NCBI RefSeq assembly: GCF_000237865.1
Contig: NC_017459.1
Location: 1,320,001 to 1,352,000 of the forward strand
Source of the DNA: Haloquadratum walsbyi C23
Lineage (GTDB): Archaea > Halobacteriota > Halobacteria > Halobacteriales > Haloferacaceae
Direction: 5' to 3'
DNA length: 32,000 bases
In this document: piece by piece, positions 17,285-24,980 of the stretch
Layout: each line of letters starts with the position of its first letter
Position numbering within the stretch: the first letter of the stretch is position 1
Program-made: the position numbers and the translations under genes
The notes under the pieces: generated by a model
The model's input: the letters and a program-made list of their open reading frames with translations, nothing else
What the model was told of the DNA's origin: nothing
Databases searched by the model: none

Positions 17285-17325
17285 GTGTATATAGAATCCA
17301 AAAGTTCATTTCAACGGTTCACATG
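17285..17325. repeat. Solo copy of the tail segment of the non-coding element
   Basis: TGTGTATATAGAATCCAAAAGTTCATTTCAACGGTT resembles TGTGTATATAAAATCCAAACCTCGTCTGAACGGTT at 16374..16410, and resembles the A and B tails more weakly. Confidence 0.5.
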
Positions 17326-17434
17326 GTTCACTATGAGCGAAAACGACTGTGTCCATCCGAAGCCACACTGAGTTCAGCTGGAACGTCCGGTTGTTCCGCT
17401 TCGGAGACAGAAATCACAGTCCCAACAACTGTGA

Positions 17435-17797
17435 TCAAACTGGCACGACGGTTGCAGTGCTTCCGTGATACACCAACTTAACCGTCTCACCGAGGTTTGA
17501 ATGATTGAATGCTCCTCGAGTGATCGCTGGCGTTGAACACTTCGCGTTCGGACATCGGTGCCCGAGGTAATACCGGATATTGTCAAAGCGGTCAGTCAGG
17601 GAGTCATGCGTGGCATCCGAGATAATCACCGTTTCCTCGGGATTGAAACAATCGTGGTAGTCTATGTGTATTTTGCGGTCGACTGTTCCGTCCGAATTCA
17701 GTTCAGCGTGGGCGACATCAACGGTATTGGACACCGCACCGTTCTCACGCTCTTGACCGCTTACGTGCCGAACCGCTACGGTGCCAGTCTTACTCAC
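17435..17797 (-). CDS. Hypothetical protein, possibly 5'-truncated
   Basis: This 120-aa ORF starts at GTG. Its frame stays open upstream only to a TAG at 17839..17837, which directly abuts the MITE end. No motif was recognised. Confidence 0.35.
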   Translation of the reverse strand: MSKTGTVAVRHVSGQERENGAVSNTVDVAHAELNSDGTVDRKIHIDYHDCFNPEETVIISDATHDSLTDRFDNIRYYLGHRCPNAKCSTPAITRGAFNHSNLGETVKLVYHGSTATVVPV

Positions 17798-17843
17798 GAG
17801 ACGGGCACCAGCATAGACTGCTGTCCCGAGGGTGGCTAGACCT

Positions 17844-18097
17844 CTGTCTCTTACCCATAAGTTCGTGGAGTCGTAACCGGACGTTTCAGACGCTCTCAGA
17901 GGTATTTTGAACTCAAAAAATCGAGGCGAGAAGCGATTCAGATAGTGATACCGGCTGTAGGGGTTACAGAACGCCGGTAATCAACTCCACTACAATTGTT
18001 CCAAAGAGGTGCTGAAACTATAGGTACCGGGGATTTCAGTCGTGCTCGCCGATCCCGTTCCGCTAAAATCCTGACTCGAGTTGTGGGTAAGAGACAG
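17844..18097. mobile_element. MITE-like element, copy 1 (~254 bp) with imperfect ~30-bp terminal inverted repeats
   Basis: The left end CTGTCTCTTACCCA (17844..17857) is the exact reverse complement of TGGGTAAGAGACAG (18084..18097). The inverted-repeat similarity continues inward (ATAAGTTCGTGGAGTCG versus ACAACTCGAGTCAG). There is no credible internal ORF. Confidence 0.7.
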
Positions 18098-18241
18098 GCC
18101 CAAAGTCGTGGGTATTCCCCTCGCTGGTTATAAACGCCTCCGCCGAGAACGCGAGTGTATGAGTACCACTGTAAGCCATCGTCTCGGGGTGTATCAGTGG
18201 CGTCAGAGCCGCGCTCCGTGTCGCGAAGCAGGAGTACGCCA

Positions 18242-18640
18242 ATGAGTATCACACTGAACCGTGAGTACGACTTCTCCCAGAGCGAGTACCTTGCTCAAGA
18301 GATCGAATCCACCCCGCATATCCGCGGCCGTCGGATCACCGTCCGAGACATCGGTGCGCTAGTCCACAAGCGCAAGCTGGCGCCGGCGACCATCGCCGAC
18401 CGATTCGAGTTGCCCGAGGCTGCCGTTCACGAAGCGCTCGCATTCTACCATCTGAACCCTGAGTACTTTGCCCAGCTCGAACAATCACGCCGACGCCAGC
18501 ACGAGGACGCGATCACGCCTGATGACGTCGCCCCCGACGAGCCGGTTGATGCTGCCGCCCTCGGCGTTGAGAACCTCTCGGTGACGTTCGACAACGGGGA
18601 CGATACCCCAGAGCCGGAACCAGACGGAAGCGGGGCCTGA
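18242..18640 (+). CDS. DUF433-like small DNA-binding or antitoxin-like protein with an acidic C-terminal tail
   Basis: TPHIRGRRITVRDIGALV...IADRFELPEAAVHEALAFYHLNPEYF matches my recollection of the DUF433 pattern. An internal ATG at 18242 is preferred. The DNA is GC-rich. Confidence 0.65.
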   Translation: MSITLNREYDFSQSEYLAQEIESTPHIRGRRITVRDIGALVHKRKLAPATIADRFELPEAAVHEALAFYHLNPEYFAQLEQSRRRQHEDAITPDDVAPDEPVDAAALGVENLSVTFDNGDDTPEPEPDGSGA

Positions 18641-18654
18641 GACGCCTGGAGTAG

Positions 18655-19041
18655 ATGGCGTCGTTCGACATCCTGCTCGATGAAAATATCGAGCCGTTTC
18701 ACGACGAGCTCCGGAGCCTCGGGCACAACGCCACGCACGTGCTGGACGTTCCCGAGCTGGGGGAAGGTGCGCAAGACGAGCCTGACATCCTCCCGTGGCT
18801 TCAAGCGAACGATACTATCCTGTTCACACAAGACGACCACTGGATCGGCGCCGACTCCTCGGACCCACAGAACGCCATCGACCCTGCTCGGACCGCCGGT
18901 GGGCTCTGGCTCAAGGACGAGTCGATGACCCCGGGTCAGCAGATCACGGCTATCCGCGTTATCGCGACACTGCTGTCCGCCGCCGACCTCGACGGCGAGT
19001 ACGTTGAGGTCACACAGCGCTGGCTCGACTACATCGAGTAG
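18655..19041 (+). CDS. DUF5615-like (PIN-like/Mut7-C-type) putative nuclease, partner of the DUF433-like gene
   Basis: FDILLDENIEPFHDELRSLGHNATHVLDVPELGEGAQDEPDILPWLQANDTILFTQDDHW matches my recollection of the family pattern. The gene starts 14 nt after the upstream stop. Confidence 0.6.
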   Translation: MASFDILLDENIEPFHDELRSLGHNATHVLDVPELGEGAQDEPDILPWLQANDTILFTQDDHWIGADSSDPQNAIDPARTAGGLWLKDESMTPGQQITAIRVIATLLSAADLDGEYVEVTQRWLDYIE

Positions 19042-19182
19042 AAAAACGAGGGACTCAGACTCCAGCCTGCTCTTAGAAAGTTACCCAACGCTTCCGAACG
19101 GAATCCCGAAAGTGGGGTAACTACACCCACTGGATTTAGCTCTCTCAAAGGAGCGGAGAGGTCCGACATCTCTCGTTCCTCA

Positions 19183-19599
19183 TCATGTCCGATACCAGTC
19201 CAGTTCCTCGGTCACGTCGAATCCATAATGTTGAGCGTCTGTCCGAAGCCCAATTAGGAACCCCGCTCTGTACGCATACTCAGAGCTGGGGACATTCCCA
19301 GTCAGGTCATCACTGGTTAGTTCCCGTTCAGACGGAAGGTACTGGTCTAACCGTTCTTCAATACACTCATGGAATGAATAAAGTGCGGAAATAAAGTTAT
19401 GCATCGCAGCTTTCACATTTAACAGGTATACTTCTGCCTGCTTAGGGTGATATGAATACGTCGGCTCTGCTACGTTGGTGTGACCATCTGTTTCCTGATT
19501 ATAGAGGTGAGAAGACTGTTTCAGACTCGGTGAACTCCACTCTCTGTCTGAAACTATTGCCCTCAGAGAAACCGGCTGTCTCCCGTTATATTCATCCAC
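19183..19599 (-). CDS. Hypothetical protein with a C-terminal Rx4H (HEPN-like) motif
   Basis: This 138-aa ORF has a GTG start. The C-terminal region reads ...YRAGFLIGLRTDAQHYGF, preceded by predicted helices (AEVYLLNVKAAMHNFISALYSFHECIEERL). Confidence 0.45.
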   Translation of the reverse strand: MDEYNGRQPVSLRAIVSDREWSSPSLKQSSHLYNQETDGHTNVAEPTYSYHPKQAEVYLLNVKAAMHNFISALYSFHECIEERLDQYLPSERELTSDDLTGNVPSSEYAYRAGFLIGLRTDAQHYGFDVTEELDWYRT

Positions 19600-19666
19600 T
19601 CAAGAGATACCAATATGCACAGATATATTCAGGCACAAACCACTCCTCTCATCAAGAGTCTTCAGA
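19507..19666. repeat. ~160-nt repeat, copy 1 (5' end and upstream region of gene 19183..19599)
   Basis: It aligns with 20122..20285 in direct orientation, with roughly four-fifths identity by eye. Confidence 0.8.
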
Positions 19667-19685
19667 AATGGAGCGGTGAAGACCG

Positions 19686-20000
19686 ATGAACGGACGCCAG
19701 TTGCTCGGATCTCCCCAACTCCAGGTGGCGATGGTCGGTGGCGGATTAACAGTCGGTGGGGTCTGGGGACTCACCACGATGTCCGGCGGCGTTGCGGCGG
19801 GTTTCGCGGCGATTGTGCTTTTGCTGACCGTTTGGGTTGGTCTCCTGTTGCTGCCGGTGGGACTGTTGATCACGCCAGCGGGCGGGTATGGGATCGAATT
19901 CACTCACCTGCAACGACGACTGCTCGCTGGGACCGTGATTGCTGGGTTCGCGACTCCGTTCGTTGGAGCGCCACTACTGTTCGTGATGGTGACATTGTGA
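19686..20000 (+). CDS. Small hydrophobic membrane protein
   Basis: This 104-aa ORF has three hydrophobic stretches. The segment is GC-rich and other frames are also open, so the frame choice is less certain. Confidence 0.5.
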   Translation: MNGRQLLGSPQLQVAMVGGGLTVGGVWGLTTMSGGVAAGFAAIVLLLTVWVGLLLLPVGLLITPAGGYGIEFTHLQRRLLAGTVIAGFATPFVGAPLLFVMVTL

Positions 20001-20121
20001 CCGGATCAGTGATGTAAATCCGGGAGTTATCATTATTGAGAACAAAAACGTGTCCAGAACGATGATTGTCCAACATATGTGATTCTTTCAGTCAAGATTG
20101 TGATTCAGAGACTCCACAGTT

Positions 20122-20285
20122 GTGAGAAGACTGTTTCACATTCGATGAATCCCATGCTTCTGTTTCTGAAATTATTGCCCTCAGAGAAACCGGCTGTCTC
20201 CCGTTATATTCATTCACTCAAGAGATACCAATATGCACCGATATATGCTGGCAGAAAGCGCTCATGCTTATCAAGAGTCTTCAGA
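20122..20285. repeat. ~160-nt repeat, copy 2 (contains a truncated 41-codon paralogue of the 19183..19599 N-terminus)
   Basis: The minus strand from 20217 to 20092 reads VNEYNGRQPVSLRAIISETEAWDSSNVKQSSHNCGVSESQS*. The intact gene begins VDEYNGRQPVSLRAIVSDREWSSPSLKQSSH. Confidence 0.8.
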
Positions 20286-20360
20286 GACTGAGTTTGAATC
20301 TGATTCAAATCCCGTGAGTATTCACAAACGTATTATCCAGACGAAATCAGCAGTATATCC

Positions 20361-20891
20361 ATGAATCGGCGTGAGCTGCTCCAACTAACCGGGGTATCGT
20401 TGGGTTTTATCGCGACTGGTTGTGTAGGAGTTGATCCGCCGCAAGACACAGACTCAGACTCAGACCAATCAGAAAACAGTACTCCCGGGTTAGATGCAAA
20501 CACGGAGACTACACAGACACCCGACCCAGACCAATCAGAAACTCCTAGTTTCGCAGACATAAATGCGGAGGCTAGACAAACATTAGACCCGGACCATTCA
20601 ATCCAGATTAAAAACGAACTCTCCGATCCAGTTAATGTGAGAGCAACTGTGACTCGGGAAACGACGGGAGAAACGGTGCACAACCAGACGTATACCCTCC
20701 AACCGGACGCAACCGTCATGGCTTATAATACTCGTCAGGCGAATCCTGATAGTATCGAAGAGTTCAACGTGTCAGTTACCGCCAATGGATCAACTGATAG
20801 CTTCCTAGTAGAAACGGATCAATGCATGGGAGATGTCATTGCACAAGTCACCGAATCTGAGGGCATCGATATGGTGTACTCAATCTGTTAG
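20361..20891 (+). CDS. Tat-type lipoprotein with an acidic Asp/Ser/Thr/Pro-rich linker
   Basis: MNRRELLQLTGVSLGFIATGC has RR plus the lipobox ATGC. The linker contains two PDPDQSE-type repeats. The C-terminal domain loosely resembles the 11926..12291 lipoprotein. Confidence 0.8.
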   Translation: MNRRELLQLTGVSLGFIATGCVGVDPPQDTDSDSDQSENSTPGLDANTETTQTPDPDQSETPSFADINAEARQTLDPDHSIQIKNELSDPVNVRATVTRETTGETVHNQTYTLQPDATVMAYNTRQANPDSIEEFNVSVTANGSTDSFLVETDQCMGDVIAQVTESEGIDMVYSIC

Positions 20892-20920
20892 AGATTTAAA
20901 ATCGCTCCCAAGAATTGATT

Positions 20921-21000
20921 ACAGGGTATGTGCGTTTGATTCATCACTCGCCGGATCATTCCATTCAGTAGTTGATAGGTGACCCAGTGACCGATACAGA
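20921..21000 (+). repeat. R-family intergenic repeat, copy R3
   Basis: GTGCGTTTGATTCATCACTCGCCGGATCATTCCATTCAGTAGTTGATAGGTGACCCAGTGACCGATACAGA is very close to R1. Confidence 0.8.
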
Positions 21001-21163
21001 GTGTACCTACACCAGCCGATTTTGTCCTTCACAGATAGTCGTCCACAAGAGAGCCGCCTAACTAGTGAACATAATACTTAATTAAAACACACCAGAACAA
21101 CTATTTGTGCTACCTGGTCCCCCCTCCCTTCGAACAGTGGTTAGTGAGATAGCTGTGTTCATA

Positions 21164-21814
21164 ATGGTAGCGTTCAGGCGATTAACCGACGCTACGCGTT
21201 CAGCTGTTTGGGCGATGTGGCGTGTCATCCGACGATTCGCTCACAGTTTCCTGTCGCTGTCTGCCACCGTATATGCCAGAGTGGGTGCTATCCTCTCCGG
21301 GCCTGTCAAGCAGTTCGTGGTCGGACCGTTGCGGGTAGCCCTTCTGGGACAACGTCGTGATGTTTCGCTCTTCATTGCGCTCCTGTCGCCGGTTCTGACC
21401 CTCGGGACAGCCTGGTGGGTCGGCTCCACAATCGGTTATGACACGCTGACCGCGTGGGTTCGCGGAACGTGGTTCGGAACTGATCCGTCACTGGCAATTT
21501 TCCTCGCAATCGGTGGTCTGGTTGTAATTGGTGCAATCAGCGCGGCCGTCAATTCAGGGCTGCTCCCGACGAGTGTCTTGGTGGGTGCGCCCGTTTTCGG
21601 TGCAGGTGTCACCCGATATGGAACGACCGTCACCTACTCATGGGGAACCCACGTCGTTTCGCTTCCCGAGGCCGTAGGAATAGCGGGTTTCTTTGCAGTC
21701 GGATTCGGAATTCCGATTGCTCTGTGTGGCTTCGTTCTGGGGCGTGCCCTCTGCTACGTGATTAGCGTGTACGGCGGTCATTCTGGACCGCCCTCACCGG
21801 TAGAAAACGCCTGA
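21164..21814 (+). CDS. Polytopic membrane protein, unknown function
   Basis: An internal ATG at 21164 gives MVAFRRLTDATRS.... There are at least 5 hydrophobic segments. The track ORF starts at GTG 21107. Confidence 0.7.
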   Translation: MVAFRRLTDATRSAVWAMWRVIRRFAHSFLSLSATVYARVGAILSGPVKQFVVGPLRVALLGQRRDVSLFIALLSPVLTLGTAWWVGSTIGYDTLTAWVRGTWFGTDPSLAIFLAIGGLVVIGAISAAVNSGLLPTSVLVGAPVFGAGVTRYGTTVTYSWGTHVVSLPEAVGIAGFFAVGFGIPIALCGFVLGRALCYVISVYGGHSGPPSPVENA

Positions 21815-21879
21815 GTGGCCTGCCCTCGTTCATATAGCTGTATCGGTTTTTGGGTTCAATATATTCATCATGTAAGATA

Positions 21880-22104
21880 CTGTCTCTTAGATATAAATTC
21901 ACCGAGTCTCAAGCGGCTATCTCAGATACTCGAACCCAATCTGTAATCAGAAGATCGAGGCAAGGAGATCGGCGGTGGGGGTTACTGACTGCGGATAAAC
22001 GAGATTAACAAGATCGTTTCATAAGTGTGTTTCATCTGTGGATATCAGGATTTTTATCCGATTCACCAATCTCGACAGCGACTCGATTCATAGATAAAAG
22101 ACAG
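21880..22104. mobile_element. MITE-like element, copy 2 (~225 bp), same family as 17844..18097
   Basis: The left end CTGTCTCTTAGATATAAATTCACCGAGTC matches the copy-1 left end at about 27 of 37 positions. The right end ...GACTCGATTCATAGATAAAAGACAG is its imperfect inverted repeat. Internal blocks (ATCGAGGC.AG, GGGGTTAC.GA) are shared with copy 1. Confidence 0.65.
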
Positions 22105-22133
22105 GTGTAAACTACCGGGATGTATCAAAATGG

Positions 22134-22202
22134 GTGACCGAGTCGCGCTGTGCATTCAGCAGTTGGCGGATCGATATATATAGGAATCGACAGATAGCAC
22201 AG
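22134..22202 (+). repeat. R-family intergenic repeat, degenerate copy R4
   Basis: GTGACCGAGTCGCGC..CATTCAGCAGTTGGCGGATC...GACAGATAGCACAG shares its start, the R2-like central block and the end block. The middle is replaced or deleted. Confidence 0.55.
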
Positions 22203-22267
22203 CCATCTACACATTGGCTGGAAACTTCGAATACCGGAATGATTCCTCACTCAACATCTGTTTTGAT

Positions 22268-22471
22268 TTACGGAAGGTGCTCCTGTTTTGCGTAGCAGTT
22301 GAATTGTTTCTGTGCGGTTGCAATTTGCTCATCGTCAGAGCTGATCAATCTCACCGTGGATTCACCATTGACTGGAGGAGGTCCCAACGGAACTACGTAG
22401 AGTTCACCACTATCCGAGCTAAATATGTGATGGTTTTCAGGTTCGAGACGACTCATATTTCGATTCTCCAT
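22268..22471 (-). CDS. Possible small protein (67 aa), divergent from the RHH gene
   Basis: An internal ATG gives MENRNMSRLEPENHHIFSSDSGELYVVPLGPPPVNGESTVRLISSDDEQIATAQ.... The longer track ORF would overlap the RHH gene start. No motif was recognised. Confidence 0.3.
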   Translation of the reverse strand: MENRNMSRLEPENHHIFSSDSGELYVVPLGPPPVNGESTVRLISSDDEQIATAQKQFNCYAKQEHLP

Positions 22472-22592
22472 GAGAGGAATTGAAGTGATGGCTCTGTTAA
22501 AATCCCAAATCGGTGATATATTCCCGGAGACATGGTGAATGCAGAGTAGATCGATAGCAGAAATTAAGCTTCGAGGCGCGTCAGGATATGAT

Positions 22593-22994
22593 ATGGTAAA
22601 GTCGACTGTCCGATTCCCCCAGGAAGTTCTGGACAAAGTTGAACAAATGGTCGAGGAAGGGACGTGCTCGAACAAATCGGAATTCCAGCGGTTTGCTGTC
22701 GAGTACGTACTCTCGAAGGCAACGGATCACGACCCAGATATAGTGGATTTTGACGAAATTTGGACAGATATATTTGCAGAACAGACAGAAGGAAATATTC
22801 CGACCGCTGAACCGGCTTCCGCTGGAGATGATACGTTCATCCAGGTTGCGACACGAGTTCGGCAGTTTGGCAGGCGCGAGCAAATTCAGACTGCTGAAGA
22901 GTACATCGATACTCACTATCCTGCTTCTGACCCTCGAAGCATACTCCTTGATGATATTCTTGCTCCGTATCGAAATCAACCCCCTGATGAGTAA
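22593..22994 (+). CDS. Ribbon-helix-helix (CopG/MetJ-type) DNA-binding protein with an acidic C-terminal extension
   Basis: MVKSTVRFPQEVLDKVEQMVEEGTCSNKSEFQRFAVEYVL shows the classic RHH beta-strand and two-helix pattern. Confidence 0.7.
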   Translation: MVKSTVRFPQEVLDKVEQMVEEGTCSNKSEFQRFAVEYVLSKATDHDPDIVDFDEIWTDIFAEQTEGNIPTAEPASAGDDTFIQVATRVRQFGRREQIQTAEEYIDTHYPASDPRSILLDDILAPYRNQPPDE

Positions 22995-23732
22995 TCCAGT
23001 GAATTGAATCTGAACCCAGACCCAGACCCGGCTGCGATATGTCTCCTCTCTGTTCCGAGTGAGTTGATCCACTCGGTTGCTGGAAATCTGTCAGCTGTCC
23101 GTGCAAGACATGCGCCCTCTATTCGGCACGCTGTTTCTGTTAGATGTGATGGACTTCGAAAGAGCCGGCAATCCAGCTTTGCTTGACCGTCTCCCGCTCA
23201 GACGACACGGACACGACATTGACCGGACACAGTACGCGACTCGATAGGAGATTTACGCTCCCGGTCGATGTCTGAATCGACATCTACGTTTGAGTCGACA
23301 TCGGCATCATAATCGATATCACCGAAAGACGCGTGTCAGTGTCGGTTTTGCTGTCTGTGCTGCATGCACCTGAACGAACTCGACTGTCCCTTCCGGTATC
23401 AGATGAGCCTTAGAGACTGTAGGTACAAGTGTGGGTGTATCTGTCATGCATTTGGGGACGGAGGACCCCAATCGACGATTTCTGACGTCACGATGATATG
23501 TGTCGGATACGCATATGGATGGTCTGCTCTGTCAGCAAACAGCATCAGACGTCGGTCTATACCGTTGAATTGTACGCTGGAGACGACAACATCAATATCG
23601 CAGGCGACGGCACGGAACGACTCACGCCCGATGGACATCTATGGCTGTAAACGCATGAAGTTAGATAGAATCGAGAAAGGTCATCACATCGGACGGATTG
23701 TCGCCTCCATCATTTCGACATTCTGGTATATA

Positions 23733-23789
23733 CTCAGCTTTGCACGTTGAATCGGAAGCGTGACGTACTGAGTAGCAGGAACAGATGAT
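23733..23789. repeat. 57-nt intergenic repeat, copy X
   Basis: CTCAGCTTTGCACGTTGAATCGGAAGCGTGACGTACTGAGTAGCAGGAACAGATGAT matches 24776..24832 at 47 of 57 positions by my count. Confidence 0.75.
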
Positions 23790-23857
23790 CCCGATTACAG
23801 ACTTCTCCGAGACTACCATGCGAAGCTGAGTATTCGTAAGTACTACCCATACAGAAT

Positions 23858-24766
23858 ATGAGTATACCACTGTCATTGATGGATCCTCTCACTGCGACTA
23901 TTGTAGTAGTCTCACTGATGCTACTCATTCTGCTGGCTTTCGGATCTCCGATTATATACACCGGGTGGAAACAGCGACAGCAGTATCACCAGTTGTCTGC
24001 AATACACACTAGTCTTGACGATGCTATCCCAGGGGAGGCTGTTGCTGTCTAAGGAACTGTGAGTAGCCAGTCACGGACTATTGACTCCCCGTACCGCTCA
24101 CAGCGTTGTGCTCTCGCGCTATGGGATACAGCGAGATTGAGTCGTGGTCAGGGAACGCAGTGGTTCCTGGAAGCCTCAGGCGTGATGGCAGATGAACTGC
24201 TGATTACTCTCGATACTGAACACGTGCCGGTCACAGGTCAACTACGCCAAAGAAGAGTACAGACCACAGCTCAGACGCTGAGCTCGGCTCTTGGAGTTGA
24301 TGTGAATTCCACGCTTGCGTTTATCGACACCGAACTCTCTCAGTCGGAGTTCGAGAAACAGTTCACACCGACAGAGGACCTCACAGAGACATATCGGGCT
24401 CACAACCGCGATATCGGGTTCGACAGACCAACACGAGACTCCTCCAACATGTTGGTGAGGCTGCTCGCAGAGCAACTCACTCCTCACAACACGGTTCGAT
24501 ATAGGGAGTTGACGTTTCAGGGTGGTGATGAGATAACGATCATCGGAGAGAAGACAGACGACGGTATTTCAGTTGTGGAAACCGGGGGCACTCACCCGAT
24601 TATCTCCTCGGAGTCGCTCTCGAATCGTCTCAGCAGATACCGACGAGAGTACGTCCTCCGATTGTATGGGTACCCGGCGTTCTGTCTCCTATTCTCGGCT
24701 CTGATCGCATACCCAATTGGAGGCGTCCCAAATGCCAATAATGTTCAATTCACGCTTTACATCTAA
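23858..24766 (+). pseudogene. Membrane protein (N- and C-terminal TM helices; possibly GIDE-domain-like) split by a single in-frame TAA
   Basis: ORFs 23858..24052 and 24059..24766 share one frame and are separated only by TAA (24050..24052) plus two codons. The junction reads ...DDAIPGEAVAV*GTVSSQSRTIDSPYRSQRCALALWD.... The second part has no ATG, only a GTG. Confidence 0.55.
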
Positions 24767-24775
24767 CCACAGTAT

Positions 24776-24832
24776 CTCAGCTTTGCACGTTGAACTAGAA
24801 GCATGACGTAGGCGGTAGCAAGAACGGATGAT
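24776..24832. repeat. 57-nt intergenic repeat, copy Y
   Basis: See copy X. The orientation is the same. Confidence 0.75.
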
Positions 24833-24980
24833 GTCGATCATGGACTTTTTACAGTGTGCGCGTGTACAACAGATTCGAATCGCTATGTGTGACAGACAGT
24901 GACAATAAGCCCCAAATATCGACAGGTCGTATAAGTAATTCCCGGGTTTCCACCACCGAAGCCCGTTGTTTTGTGGAATT

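Noticed and set aside
18098-18241. Idea that the minus-strand frame ...TLAFSAEAFITSEGNTHDFG upstream of MITE copy 1 is the lost N-terminus (SipW-type signal region) of ORF 17435..17797.
   Set aside because: No hydrophobic signal segment is present. The resemblance to the GT.A.FSD..ES.GN motif is weak. I cannot establish frame continuity across the MITE without knowing the exact ends and target duplication.
17938-18252. 104-aa minus-strand ORF.
   Set aside because: It lies mostly inside MITE copy 1 and runs into the DUF433-like gene upstream region. It has no counterpart in MITE copy 2.
8178-22202. R-family repeats as integron attC sites.
   Set aside because: I could not find the complementary R''/R' core sites or an extended imperfect palindrome. 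The short central inverted repeat in R1 (CACC-C-GGTG) is not conserved in R2 and R3. No intact integron-type integrase is adjacent. I kept this only as a hypothesis to test.
22995-23045. GAATTGAATCTGAACCCAGACCCAGACCC resembles the 5' end of the SWIM gene (GAATTTGAATCTGGACCTAACCCCGA), suggesting a decayed SWIM paralogue.
   Set aside because: The similarity does not extend beyond ~26 nt, and downstream frames show no SWIM-like CxC...CxH.
22581-23072. 163-aa minus-strand ORF, and ORFs 22750..23007 (+) and 22837..23106 (-).
   Set aside because: They overlap the RHH gene, whose N-terminus has a textbook RHH pattern. Their compositions are basic and Ser/Ile-rich.
23364-23750. 128-aa plus-strand ORF and 64-aa minus-strand ORF (23444..23638).
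   Set aside because: The plus ORF is Cys-rich and basic. The minus ORF is flanked by stops in the same frame on both sides and has no recognisable motif. The region looks like decayed DNA.
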